Shown: positions 25,083-37,256 of the stretch, piece after piece
Position numbering within the stretch: the first letter of the stretch is position 1
Layout: the number at the start of each line of letters is the position of its first letter
Source: Tubulanus polymorphus
Taxonomy: Eukaryota; Animalia; Nemertea
Direction of reading: 5' to 3'
DNA: 64,000 nt
NCBI RefSeq assembly: GCF_964204645.1
Contig: NC_134033.1
Location: forward strand, 10,920,655 to 10,984,654
Position numbers and translations under genes: made by a program
The notes under the pieces: generated by a model
What the model saw: the letters and a program-made list of their open reading frames with translations, nothing else
The model's database searches: none
What the model was told of the DNA's origin: nothing

Positions 25083-28000
25083 TTGAGGCCATCGCACCAC
25101 TTGTGAAATATATATTTTTGTGCGATCAATTAATGTTCAGGTGTATTTTCAATAGGACGATATCTTGATGTCGAATATGATTATGGAGCAATAAACTATG
25201 GGATGCCAGCACGAGGGGCGGGGGTTGAGAGCCTGTAACAAACACTGGGTAAAGCACCACTTACAATCGCAGCACCTTCCAGAAGCAATCGTGGGTAATG
25301 AAGACCCTTCAGTTGAATAGGGGACCTATAGACCAGATGGCGTGACAAACAATAGGTCTTACGTATAGAGTTCAATGTTTCTCCATTGAAAGTAGAACTC
25401 GATTTTGATCCATTTCAAATTTGCATGAGAAGCTACTAGGTTCGTTACTAGGGTCGTTACTAGGGCTGTTACTAAGGTCGTTACGAGGGAAGTGAACAAA
25501 TGCATGTTTTTAATACGGCACATGTTGACAAGTCTTTGGGCTTCATGTAAGGATTGTCGTCGTTTTATTAATTGCTCATTATTTCAATTAAAGCAATTAA
25601 TTACGGTAAGCGATCATAGCGTGAATGAGGCTATTTTTCCAATTAAAACTTTATTGAGACAGTCCTCGGTTCGGCATTTCCATGTTTTTGTAACTCCAGG
25701 CCTAGTTAAAGTCTAAATATAACCTTTTGGTTTAGCGGAGACTTTCCGTTGGTTGTGTGTTTCTAATGGGATAGCTGATAGGGTCCTCAGTTTGTATACA
25801 CAAGGTGCAAGGTGCACTGTGTTATATTTACCTGGTGTTTGGGTAATTTTTCCTGCAAATTTTTGCCATTCACTAAATTTCTATCATGTTGATTTTTTTC
25901 CCCGCTTAAGGTTTGCGCAGGGATGTGTGGCTAGCTTGGTGCCCTTTACATTTGGTTTCTCGCCGAAGCCCATGCTCATGTCCCCAAACACGGGCCAAAT
26001 CATCTCCGTATGAACGCAGCTATAGTTACAGCTCTAGCTGTGGGTAGAGTGAGTGAGACTAGAGATTTCTTACCTACAGTCTATGATGCATTATGCTCTG
26101 TATAAAACAGTTTTGTTTGAGTATGCGTAAGGTATATTATGGGTGTGGTCATAACCTGAATAAAAATGACCTTTGTTGTAAATCATGATTTACGTTTTGA
26201 TCGTCCTATATTCTGATGAAATATAGTCTTAAGCCGAGTTCTGCATCAATCTCTCGATGTAACGACGACCTTGAAGTAACGAAGCAACTACAGACAATTT
26301 CATGGCTAAACCAGTGTGGTAGACCTGCAGCAGGACTGCTAGTCCCCTCTCACTAAATGATGATGCTCCTCTCTGATCTGCGCTGCTTTGTCATCATTCA
26401 CCATCCCCTGTACCTTGTGCCTCTAGCTTTCGCGCCCTCCGCGTCATATGGCCTTTTTACCTTGTTCGCGCCATCCTACCTCCTGGAACCTTCTTTCGTG
26501 CTCTTCGAATCCGTGCTGTTGGATGAGTGTGCCTCCTATCCCCTCGTCTGCCCCTATCGTGTAACTTTCCCGACCCTCCCCTCACTCATGGAATGATTGT
26601 CGATATAGCATATACGTATATGATATGTGGTGGGGTTGATAGGTACAGTGCAATGCCATCAGACTGCGCGATATATTGCAGCGTACTTGTTCGATATTCC
26701 GAGCTGACGCAAACTCTTGAGTTATACATAAAATACTAGATCAAGATTTACATTTATATATAGTATTTATTTTTATCATCTATGTGTATGTAATCATATT
26801 AGGAAACGTACCACTCTACGCGGGTTGTCAGGTGCAATGATCTCAAGGCGTAACAACTCTCAACGTATGAAATTTGTTACAAGTAAATCTAGTTTCAATT
26901 GCTAAATACTTGCGAGGACATTACTTTTCTAACCTGTAAGGTCGTTAGAATTTATTTCGTTAGAGTGTAAGTTGATGATTATATATTGTTTTAGGCCTCT
27001 CCGATTCTACGTTATGAGTCCAATTTGACTCTGGATCCAGATCGTTCAACAGTTTTGGTTTTTCATTTATTAACTCTGGACCCAGTTCCAGTGGTTCTAC
27101 AGCTGTGGTTCTCAAATAATTTCGGATGATAAAACTCTGGAGCAATACCTTGTGGTGGATACTCGCCCACATTTAGTGATGAAGTGCAGTGTGATATAGA
27201 CAGAATGACTAATAGTTACATGTTGCATTTAGGTTATCTAAAGTGTTGGATCCTGTTTTTTTTTAAGTGGGAGTAATAGATCTATCTTCAATTGGGCTCT
27301 ATTGAAGATGTTGACTATGGAGAAAGGTTACCCACTGACCTATATCCTGTTGTACCTCCTCTGATGTGCCCGTATTAGTCAGATTTTCCTATAGGGATCA
27401 TCTCAAAATCACAATTACCTGGAAAATCATGCAACCGGGCAAAGATTTATTGGACTAATTTCAAAGATATGTTTCCTTGGTGCAAATAAGCAACGGCACA
27501 GCGTAAAACACAAGCACTTACTTGAAAAAATCTGCTACACTCTGTTGAAATATGCTACCGTGTTACAGAAATCCCAGAGTGGAAAAAGGTCATGGTATTT
27601 TCATAACACACATTCTATAGAAATCCTATCCTAGTCATTGGGTTGCTTCGCTAATGGATTAGTAAGCGGACACTAGCTTTAGAAATAATCATAGAGATTG
27701 TTCTGTTTTCTTTTTGAGTCTGACGAAAACACTGGTGAACCAATAGCTCATGTTCTATGTTCTAAGCTGATGTTTGTCTCAGTATCATTATGTACCGGAC
27801 AGCGTCATATAACGATATAAGATGTTCCTTTGCTCCGACTTCAGGAAGAATCTTTGAATTTTAGCTTTAATCGAGCTTCAGAAATAATTAGCTGTTCTAG
27901 CTATGAGTATTGGAGTATCATGAGTTTAGCTTTTCAAAGAGAGCCATCAGTGGATGGTAGTATCTACTGGGCTTTAGAATGAGAACTTAAGAATAGTCGG

Positions 28001-28984
28001 TATCTCCCAGAGAATCTTTGATATTTCAATTAATAGAACTATCAATGTGAACCCTTAACCCCCTCCCTCCCTCAGTGATAAAGCTCTAAATAGGTGAAAA
28101 TCTGATTTAAGTTTTTTGGGTTAGGTGACTAGTATGTTGAAACCTGAGCTGATTTATTGAAAGTGTTGAATGTGTTAGGTAGAGGGGGAGGGGTCTGATA
28201 GCTGCAGAAGTTCATCTACCTCAGCGACAGTTTCTACTGTAAATCACCGGCTGTGATTGATTGATTATGTCATGTGATCGGCCAGACGACTATGACATCA
28301 TCACAGTTCGATTCTTCCGCGTCTGATGCACTCGTTTTCACGGCGTGTCGCCCGCATTTTCCGGCTTAGGAAAACTCGATCGTCCGCTCGCTTGCTCGCT
28401 CGCTCCGTGCCGCCGACTTTTTTTCAGACGGCGATCGATGCGCGTTGCCGTGGAAACCGAACAGATTAATTATCGATCGTCGATCATCTCGCGATGACGG
28501 ATATTTTTCGTCTATACGTTATTAAACGACGGTTGCCGATGACGACGACGACGATGACTAGGGTTGTCCGAGTGCAGACGATCGTTATTGTTACTGCAAC
28601 AATGCGTGAAAGAGTCGAGAGTGCAGAATCAATCGACGCTATGAGATGATTAAAAAACCATACACTTTTTGTGGTTCGTTTAGATTTAATGTAAGAAATA
28701 AATCTCAAAATCAACAACGATTCATTCTGCCGATTCATTCTGCCGATTTGTAGAATATTCGGCTTATAAGAAGATAAATCTTCAGGTCATCATCAGCGTT
28801 CTCCACGCGTCGGGTCATGTGTTATATGAATCCCCTGAAACATGAATGATTCATTTCAGATTCACGGAATGCGAACAATCGCCAATTCGAGATTGATTCA
28901 TTGTTTTGTTGTTTGTTAATATTTATGGAATACGAGAAAGAAAATGATACAAGACTAAATGAGATATTAAATCAGTTTTTGGGT

Positions 28985-29333
28985 TGCATCTCCGTCAGAA
29001 CCGTGACGCATCTCCACCATAATCGTGGCGCATCTCCGTCACAACCGTGGTGCATCTCTGTCATAACCATGGTGCATCTCCACCATAACTCATAACCATG
29101 GTGCATCTCCACCATAACTATGGTGCATCTCCGTCAGAACCATGGTGCATTTCTGTCATAACCATGGTGCATCTCCACCATAACTCTGGTGCATCTCCGT
29201 CAGAACCATGGTGCATTTCTGTCATAACCATGGTGCATCTCCACCATAACTATGGTGCATCTCTGTCATAACCATGGCGCGTCTCCACCATAACCGTGGC
29301 ATATCTCAGTAACCACCGGGCATCTCAGTAACC
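28985..29333. repeat. 22-bp minisatellite
   Basis: Units GGTGCATCTCCACCATAACCAT / GGTGCATTTCTGTCATAACCAT alternate. Confidence 0.92.
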
Positions 29334-31171
29334 ACATTCTGTCGTGGCAACTTAATAGGAATTTCTTTACAAGTCACATCAATTCAGGACATGATAAAAA
29401 ATTCATAACCTTTGCGCACATTGACAGTGCGGTGCTGCACGTTGTCGCGGCAGTGCTGTTACGCGGATATACTTCTAAAAGGCAAAAATTAATTAGAACT
29501 GAAAAGAGATATGTTCTGGTAGCAGGTTTGGAGTCATTGGTGGGGAAGTTAAATTCAGCGTATAGATTCATGCATCTATGATTCGCGTGCAATTAGTTCA
29601 AGTTTCTGAGTTTCTCGATGGTTTTATGATTTACAAGTTATGAAATAAACCCTTAGTCGAATGATGAAAGCTTCGATAAACTGATCAAACTAGGAGCGGA
29701 TCGAGGATTTAAGAGTTCCCGCCCGTTCTTGCTAGTCGCCGATAAACCCAGTAACGTTATAGCCCAACATAAACAGCTACAGTACCAGGTATCCATATTC
29801 AAAGTGAATCAGGTTTTGGTTGTCACTAGATAGCCTGGGCCATTTACCTTTATCAAGTGGATACCCCCTAGTGGGGAGTTTTTGGGGTCGACTAAGAATG
29901 ACTGATCACAACATCTTCGGTTCATCTTTTAATGTTCATAGTTTGTTGATGATTTCAGACATTTCTATAATTTGCTACTGTACATTCACGTTGCTGTACA
30001 TTCATGTACGTTGCTTATGCGAAGTTCTTTGAACAGGTTTTATTTGTTTTGAACAAAGCTGATGCTGATTACCGACTAACATTGATACAGTGTAAATAAA
30101 ACCTATAGTCTGTTCCTCGGAGAGTCAAGGTCACTCGTCGGTATCTACTAATTTTAGTCGTCTGCGGAAGGCAATATTTTAACTCAAAACGGCAGACGTT
30201 GAATACCGTAACATTTTTTGAATGCCTCTCTAAATGTGAAAGTGATGGCTAAATCTAGATGGATTAGACATTTTATCACTCGTGTTTGTTCCAAACATTG
30301 CAAAGTTAAGTTAGTGATTTGAAGTAAATGATTGTCGTATGACTCTGGGGTTTCGCAAGTCTGTTTTAATCCTAGGTTATTTTAGACTCTTATCTCACAG
30401 CGTTTTATGTCGTTATGCTATCCATCTGTTCAAACCGGTAAAAACCTATTTTATCTGTTGTATATATATTGTTTATTGAACACAGCTGCTGTTTTTCTCA
30501 GAAATGAATTAGAAATGTTATTGATTTTGATCGTTGAATTCAAGGCATAGGCTTCGTGTTATTCCCTGCTGTAATCCTGGGTGACTCGAGACGAGAGATT
30601 GGTAATAATGATATTAATAATAATCTTAAAATTTTTAAAAGCATCTATTTCAGTGAGGCGTCATTCTTTCAAAGAAGATCCATTTTCTCTAAAATTTGGG
30701 TAATTTAAAAGTCCAGAATGCGAATCAGTTGAAGGATGAGGTTATCGATTATTATCGAAATCATAACGTGAATTTTATTTTGAAATAAAAATGAATTTTT
30801 GATGAAGATTAGAAGTATTTTCAATGGGGGTCTTGGAAACTGCATGAGTCGGTATGTCTCACTTACCAGGGGTCACATAAAACATGAGAACATTTTTAGC
30901 AGGATATTCTTTCATCACGGCTTATACTGAAGAAGGATCAATTATTATTATCATTTGTGTGAACTGTCAGTAGTTGCAACCGTGAAAGAAAATCACAATT
31001 AACCGTCTCAAGTCACGTCAATTTACTGAATATGTTTTTGATGGACGCAGTATTTTCATCGTCGATTTCTGTTTCAATTTTTTTTAAATTAGACATGCTT
31101 TTACACATATAGAATCAATTGGGACTAATTGGCAATTATAGAATATAAAACAAAAATAGAAACATCCAATC

Positions 31172-31950
31172 GTCACCTGGCACTAGAACTGTGTATACCT
31201 CTGTAGCCAGCAGTGGTAGTTCAGTCACCTGGCACTAGAACTGTGTATACCTCTGTAGCCAGCAGTGGTAGTACAGTCACCTGGCACTAGAACTGTGTAT
31301 ACCTCTGTAGCCAGCAGTGGTAGTACAGTCACCTGGCACTAGAACTGTGTATACCTCTGTAGCCAGCAGTGGTAGTACAGTCACCTGGCACTAGAACTGT
31401 GTATACCTCTGTAGCCAGCAGTGGTAGTACAGTCACCTGGTACTAGAACTGTGTATACCTCTGTAGCCAGCAGTGGTAGTACAGTCACCTGGCACTAGAA
31501 CTATGTATACCTCTGTAGCCAGCAGTGGTAGTACAGTCACCTGGTACTAGAACTGTGTATACCTCTGTAGCCAGCAGTGGTAGTACAGTCACCTGGCACT
31601 AGAACTGTGTATACCTCTGTAGCCAGCAGTGGTAGTACAGTCACCTGGCACTAGAACTGCGTATACCTCTGAAGCCAGCAGTGGTAGTACAGTCACCTGG
31701 TACTAGAACTGCGTATACCTCTGAAGCCAGCAGTGGTAGTACAGTCACCTGGCACTAGAACTGTGTATACCTCTGTAGCCAGCAGTGGTAGTACGGTCAC
31801 CTGGCACTAGAACTGTGTATACCTCTGTAGCCAGCAGTGGTAGTACAGTCACCTGGCACTAGAACTATGTATACCTCTGTAGCCAGCAGTGGTAGTACAG
31901 TCACCTGGCACTAGAACTGTGTATACCTCTGTAGCCAGCAGTGGTAATAC
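31172..31950. repeat. 52-bp minisatellite, 15 near-identical units
   Basis: Unit GTCACCTGGCACTAGAACTGTGTATACCTCTGTAGCCAGCAGTGGTAGTACA. Confidence 0.98.
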
Positions 31951-32649
31951 TGTGATGAATAGATCTCTTTCACCCCGAAAACGGATATATTTGAATGAAT
32001 TTTAATCTGCTTATTTATAGATTTTTTCGCATGGCACATTGCCCTCGTTGGTTCAGTCTGTTTAAAAATGCATGTTGCACTTCAGCTGTAATGGTTCTGT
32101 TTATCAGTCAGATATGTGACTAGCTGTAGAGCTCTGCTACACCGCCATTGACCTTGACATTCATAGCTCATCATTTTATTTCAAGGATTCCCCATATACC
32201 GGGAGACCTCTGACCACAGTCTGACGCACTGATCTCTCTCGATTCTTATCCTCTCAGCGTTTCTATGTATCCCTGTAAACCAGCCGCCTCTTCTATTCTC
32301 ATTATGTTGAGAACATACACACGATATCCACGATGTCCACGTGATGAATATACGAGAAAAATCCCACAATAGATTCAGCCAAAATGAAAAGTTCTTGAAT
32401 AGAAGAATGTATATTTATTTGAGCAGTGCTTTTGCTATTAGCCATCATCAAATATACATAAACACTTCTATTAAACATCTTTGGCTGAATTTTTGTAGAA
32501 TTCTCTTGTATGTCTCTCTATCTATTCTCTTCTACCTCTTTTCGTACCTCTCTTCCCTATATCCTCTAACCTCCTATACCATCTCTCATTCCCGTCAATA
32601 AAATACAGGGAGAGGATGTATTTTTACTCCTATGTATATACCCTTTATT

Positions 32650-32786
32650 CTGTCTACCTCGCTCCTATGTATCGTCCCCTATTTCTACCTCTCTCCTGCG
32701 TATTGTCCCCTATTTCTACCTCACTCCTACGTATCGTCCCCTATTTCTACCTCTCTCCTACGTATCGTCCCCTATTTCTACCTCTA
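32650..32786. repeat. 31-bp pyrimidine-rich tandem repeat, about 4 units
   Basis: Unit TCCTACGTATCGTCCCCTATTTCTACCTCTC. Confidence 0.85.
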
Positions 32787-33029
32787 CCCCGTGCTTCCCT
32801 ATTCCTAGCCCATTCCTGTCCCTTCCCATTCCTTCCTCGATCTCTCACCGTCCCCCTGCTCTGATCTACTATTTGGGTTTTGCCCTTTGTGAGCCTCTTC
32901 CACTTGCCGATTTGCCTGTGCTTCCTAGTATTAATAGGTCACGACTACATTAATCTAAAAAGCTAGTTGTTTCACCAGCGCAGCCAGCGCACCGCAACCA
33001 GCCAGTGTGTACGTGCGTGCTATACACCT

Positions 33030-33446
33030 TAGTTTAGTCGGAAATATTCTTTATAGTCACATGACCAGAGAGAACGCCAGTAAGCGCTAGGAGAGGAGAG
33101 ATATATCGGCGGTTTTCTTGTCATGCTGTTTTTTCTATGTGAGTTGTTAGAGGCTGGTAGCGCTATATAGCGTATGCAGTAATGTAGTTTTTCTCGTGGA
33201 GAGTACTATAAGCATACATAGCCGCATACACGCATTGTGTTAGTGGCGTTTCTTTAGTATCACTGCACGCATCATAAAGCCAATTTCTCCGCGGGTTTTT
33301 TGTCACTCGTAGTCGACGAAGACGCGACTGTAAATAAGGATTATTCGTGGTCGTAGGATATTTCGGTTATGCTTCTTCCTGTTGTTAGTATTTCAATAGA
33401 ATTCAACGGGAATCCGGCGCTGCAGACAGCCACATTATTGATTCAG
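33030..33446 (+). promoter_or_regulatory. Candidate proximal promoter / non-coding first exon of mbl
   Basis: CpG-containing segment with initiator-like TTAGTT/TTAGTC near 33029-33039, ending at donor CAG|GTAAAA (33447), 3.2 kb upstream of the 36652 acceptor. The start coordinate is a guess. Confidence 0.45.
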
Positions 33447-34407
33447 GTAAAAAACGGTTGGCTTAGTTTTTGCTTTTTCAGAATTTCTTCAACATCATTT
33501 AAAGGCAAAAAAAAATTCTAACTAATAATGAGTGTACGATTTTAAACATAATTTCATTATGAGTAATAAAAATCAATTTATGGCCTGAAATATTGTATGA
33601 TGAATAGTTGAACAAACGCAGCTTTGACCTAATTTACTTATTCCATTGAATTGTTGCTGAGAATATTTTAACACAGTTCAGTAGAAGTAGGTCGGGTTCA
33701 TTCATGGTGTTCTAGTCCGTACTCCCGGAGGAGAAAATCCTTTTTATATGATTTTCTTTTTGAGATTTCGCATTGCGGAATGCAGTGATGTTTTATCATC
33801 TGTTTTAATGCTAGAACACAAAAGTTCTATCAGTTTGAAAGTCTTTTTTCTGATAGTATTATTGGTTTAGAAGAAAAAGTAATTTTCAATAGTATTGCTT
33901 GGATATGTGGTGTTTGAATAATAGATTCTATCATTTAAATTGGCTCTATAACTGTTCCCCCTGATAAAAGTCATGATATCTAATTTATTTGACCTATTAG
34001 TGATGGTCTAGTGAATCTGTAAATAAGATAATGACCATAAGTCTGTCTGGGGACAGACTGTGTCGTCGTGTGCATTGACCAGTTGTTGATTAAGCAAATA
34101 ATTTACAAGTGTTTAGAGTTTACCCAATATTTATATATGTATGTGATTATGTAGACTGAATTAATGATGATTATTTAGATTCACTATCCACGGCTCTTAT
34201 GAAGTTTTTAGTGTAAATCTTTACTTTTTAAATGTTTGGAAAAAATGGAGCCTTTTCTGGTTGGAATGAAATATGAATCACACAGATTGAGAGTGCATGC
34301 ACGTAATGTTTCAGATAAGTCGAGGTAGAGAAGATTAGATAACATTATTCAGCACTATTTTGACTATGGGTATCACTTTTTCTTTGTCTGATGAGTCAAA
34401 CATCTAC

Positions 34408-34497
34408 AGAGGGTGCCCTACTATCTGATGAGAGGGTGCCCTACTATCTGAAGAGAGGGTGCCCTACTATCTGAAGAGAGGGTGCCCTCCTATCTGA
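34408..34497. repeat. 23-bp tandem repeat, about 4 units
   Basis: Unit GAGGGTGCCCTACTATCTGA(A/T)GA. Confidence 0.9.
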
Positions 34498-34899
34498 GTT
34501 CTTTCTCTTGCCGTTTGAAATGTAGACCTAGTCGAGATGGTCAAACATCTACGTGCCATTGAGGACAATTGCTAACTGAACTAGTTATAGGGTTTTGAAT
34601 AACCAGTCAGCATTGCATAAACTGACTAGTATCTCAGTATGTTCGGGGAAGTCCCAGGGAACTGTGGCATATGTCATTTGCACTATTCAAACCTGTCATT
34701 TAACCAATTAAATATTGATCTTTGGCATACCTAACTGGACACCTGCCGATGGTCAACCAGTGGTCAATATGATTGTTTCAGTTATAAACATGATATCAAG
34801 ATTTTAATGATTATTAGATTATGATGAGATTATGTTGTTCCGTTGAACTGTGGAATTATGAGATGAAGGATTGGGAAGATGGATTTTATTTTAGAAAGT

Positions 34900-35045
34900 G
34901 GGTCCAGTTGCCCAGTCGCAACTTAAATTCCAAAAATGGCCTAAGTTTTAGGACAGTCATAATTTGCTAGATTGGCTATAGATTTAGATTGGTCTTAAAT
35001 CTAAAGGTCAGTTGTGCATGCTAGGCTTAGATTTAAGACCAGTTT
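34900..35045 (-). mobile_element. MITE family A, degenerate copy 3
   Basis: GGTCCAGTTGCCCAGTC...CAAAAATGG...TAGATTGGCTATAGA...TTGGTCTTA is colinear with the 48320 copy. Confidence 0.6.
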
Positions 35046-36264
35046 ACACTTATTTTTGTTATATAACCGGCTTACAACATTATGTCACCCAAAACTAGTA
35101 CGTAGAATGGGGCTGGAATTTGTTTCATGCTTAAGAATATAAGATAAAGAGTAGTGAATAGTATAGAATAACCGGAGCAGACAAACCGATTTATACAGTG
35201 TGATCATTTTACTGAAATCTCTTTACATTCGTGACTGATGATTGTACATTTTTTGCTGCGGCAATGAAATAAAAAACGTTCCGAAGACTCGTTGAATTCT
35301 ACGCCTATACGTGTTCAATATGACATTACGCCAACAAAGCGGTTTTTGGGGGGGGGGAGAAAAAACCTGTCGAAACAAATAGACGATGAATAGAATCAGT
35401 CATCGACTGGAACATTCTATATGCTTTATGCGCAGGTTTTTCTTACATCTCTATAGAACTCGTCTAGCCTATTTATCATTAAGAAAAAAACTGTAAATGC
35501 CTCATACGTGGCTCTGCCATTTGAAAGGGGTATATGATATGAGATATGCGCATATTATTTACCTGAATTAAGATTTTGACCACTCTGAGAGTTAGTTTCA
35601 GTAGTTCAGTTTTAATTTCCCTGGTTTTTATGAACAGTCTAATTATGGTTTAATGTCCCAGATTCTAGTAAAAGTCCATCCCCAAATATTGCTTATTGTA
35701 GAAATGATCTGATACTGGTTTTCAAATGTTCAATTTTATCTAGGAACTTTCCTGCAAAAACAGTCTTATGAAAATTGTTTTCCCAGATTGTACAATCTTT
35801 AGTCAGGAGATCGAAAATGAAAAAATGTAGTTGGAATTTTATCTTGTTTCCTCAATAAACCAGGCTTATCTTTTCTTGTAGCTCAAAGGTTGAAATACTT
35901 GAGTAAAACATATTGGTGGCAACTCACTAAAAAACTTTGTCATTTGCCAGCAAGTCATAAACACCCCCCCCCCCCCCACTGCACCCCCTCCCGTTACCCA
36001 CAACAGACATAAACAAATCAGAAAAATAGAAACTACAAAAAACATATTTTCGTTTATTCCTACGAAAATAAAATTTCTATTTCTACACGTCCTATTGCGG
36101 TTATTGAACTAGGTCATTCATGTATTTACGTGAACAAAGTCTCGAGTGTGAATTTGTCATCGACGCCTCGATTGTGACGTATTGTTGCGGTTATTTTCCG
36201 CTGAATTTCATTATTTCTCGATTCGTCGAACGCCGCCTTTCGACTGAACAAAAAAAAGGATATT

Positions 36265-36454
36265 AGGCTAAAAAAAACGGATACCTTGTTTCTAATTTCT
36301 GCCGAGCTTAAAAGTTGACCCGGCCGGCCGCCTGTCTCATCTACCCTATAAACCGTAATAGACCAGGTAGTTATCGAAACGAACTGATTACACATTTAAA
36401 CGCTCGTTTCCCGGACGCCGATCGGGAGAAACGAGGTATCATTTTTTTTTGCCT
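36265..36454 (+). mobile_element. MITE family C, about 190 bp, about 200 nt upstream of the ATG-exon acceptor
   Basis: Imperfect TIRs AGGCTAAAAAAAACGGATACCTTGTTTCT / AGAAACGAGGTATCATTTTTTTTTGCCT. A direct copy lies at about 9998-10212. Confidence 0.7.
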
Positions 36455-36651
36455 CAGTTATGATCGACTTTCTCTTGGACTATAACCATAAAACGGTACT
36501 TAGAAAGAGATTAAAAAAAACTACGATTACATAATTATTATTTGTGTCTGTGACGAGCAGTTTTAGAGGCAGACGCTGTGTATTTTTCTACCTCACTAGT
36601 AATTATACTGAATTAACGCTAACATTTTCGTCGTTCGTTTTTGTTTTTCAG

Positions 36652-37064
36652 ATCTCCGGGGAAAGTTGTTGAAAAAAACTTCAAGCAAAAATCTGGTGTC
36701 GTATCGAATCGATGGCTTCTTTAACCGTCGATAATACGTCGTAACCGATAACAACTGCTGTTCGCCGATCGACTGATCTCAAACGCTGCGAGCGAAAGCG
36801 CGGTCGTTGTTGTTCTCTCGCCCTACAGGGGGAGCCGGTGGTCGTCGCGCGACTACGAATACGAGGACGAAATTGTGTTAACGCTTTCCGATCCGCGTGG
36901 CTGTGGGCGTCTATCATAGTATTATCATCGTTGATATTTGAATAATCTTGTGTCGATCGTTAATTGTGATATATTTGTGTCTCTATATATATATATATTA
37001 GTATCAATATATATATATATATCCGTCTTAATAAATATATATATAAATATATATATATCTAACT
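36652..37064 (+). other. mbl: 5' UTR part of the ATG-containing mbl exon (whole exon 36652-37256, 605 nt)
   Basis: Strong 3' splice site: branch-point-like GCTAAC (36618-36623), pyrimidine tract ttttcgtcgttcgtttttgtttttc, AG at 36650-36651. Confidence 0.75.
36712..36744 (+). promoter_or_regulatory. Upstream ORF (MASLTVDNTS*) in the mbl 5' UTR
   Basis: ATG GCT TCT TTA ACC GTC GAT AAT ACG TCG TAA. It is the only ATG seen between the acceptor (36652) and the main ATG (37065). Confidence 0.5.
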
Positions 37065-37256
37065 ATGGCCATGGTCAGTCCGACGATGATGAACTTGGCA
37101 AACGTAAAAGATTCTCGCTGGCTCACGCTGGAGGTATGTCGCGAATATCAGCGTAATAAATGTACGCGGCCGGACACTGAGTGTAAGTTCGCTCACCCGC
37201 CAGCCCACGTTGAGGTGCAGAACGGACGCGTTACTTGTTGCTTCGATAGTATAAAG
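37065..37256 (+). CDS. mbl: Muscleblind-like CCCH zinc-finger splicing regulator, first coding exon (64 codons: ZnF1 and start of ZnF2)
   Basis: Translates as [64 protein letters not shown]. It has the diagnostic Muscleblind [14 protein letters not shown]-terminal box and a C-x7-C-x6-C-x3-H finger. It ends at a strong donor AAG|GTAAGA (intron starts 37257, phase 0), the conserved intron position in mbl/MBNL after DS(I/L)K. Confidence 0.97.

Noticed and set aside
31205-31222. CTCF-like CCAGCAGTGGTAG in the 52-bp unit
   Set aside because: It lacks the RKGGC core spacing of the CTCF motif.
34388-34497. CTGATGA/CTGAAGA followed by an AGGG-TG-CCCT hairpin, hammerhead-like
   Set aside because: There is no GAAA core after the hairpin and no helix I/III.
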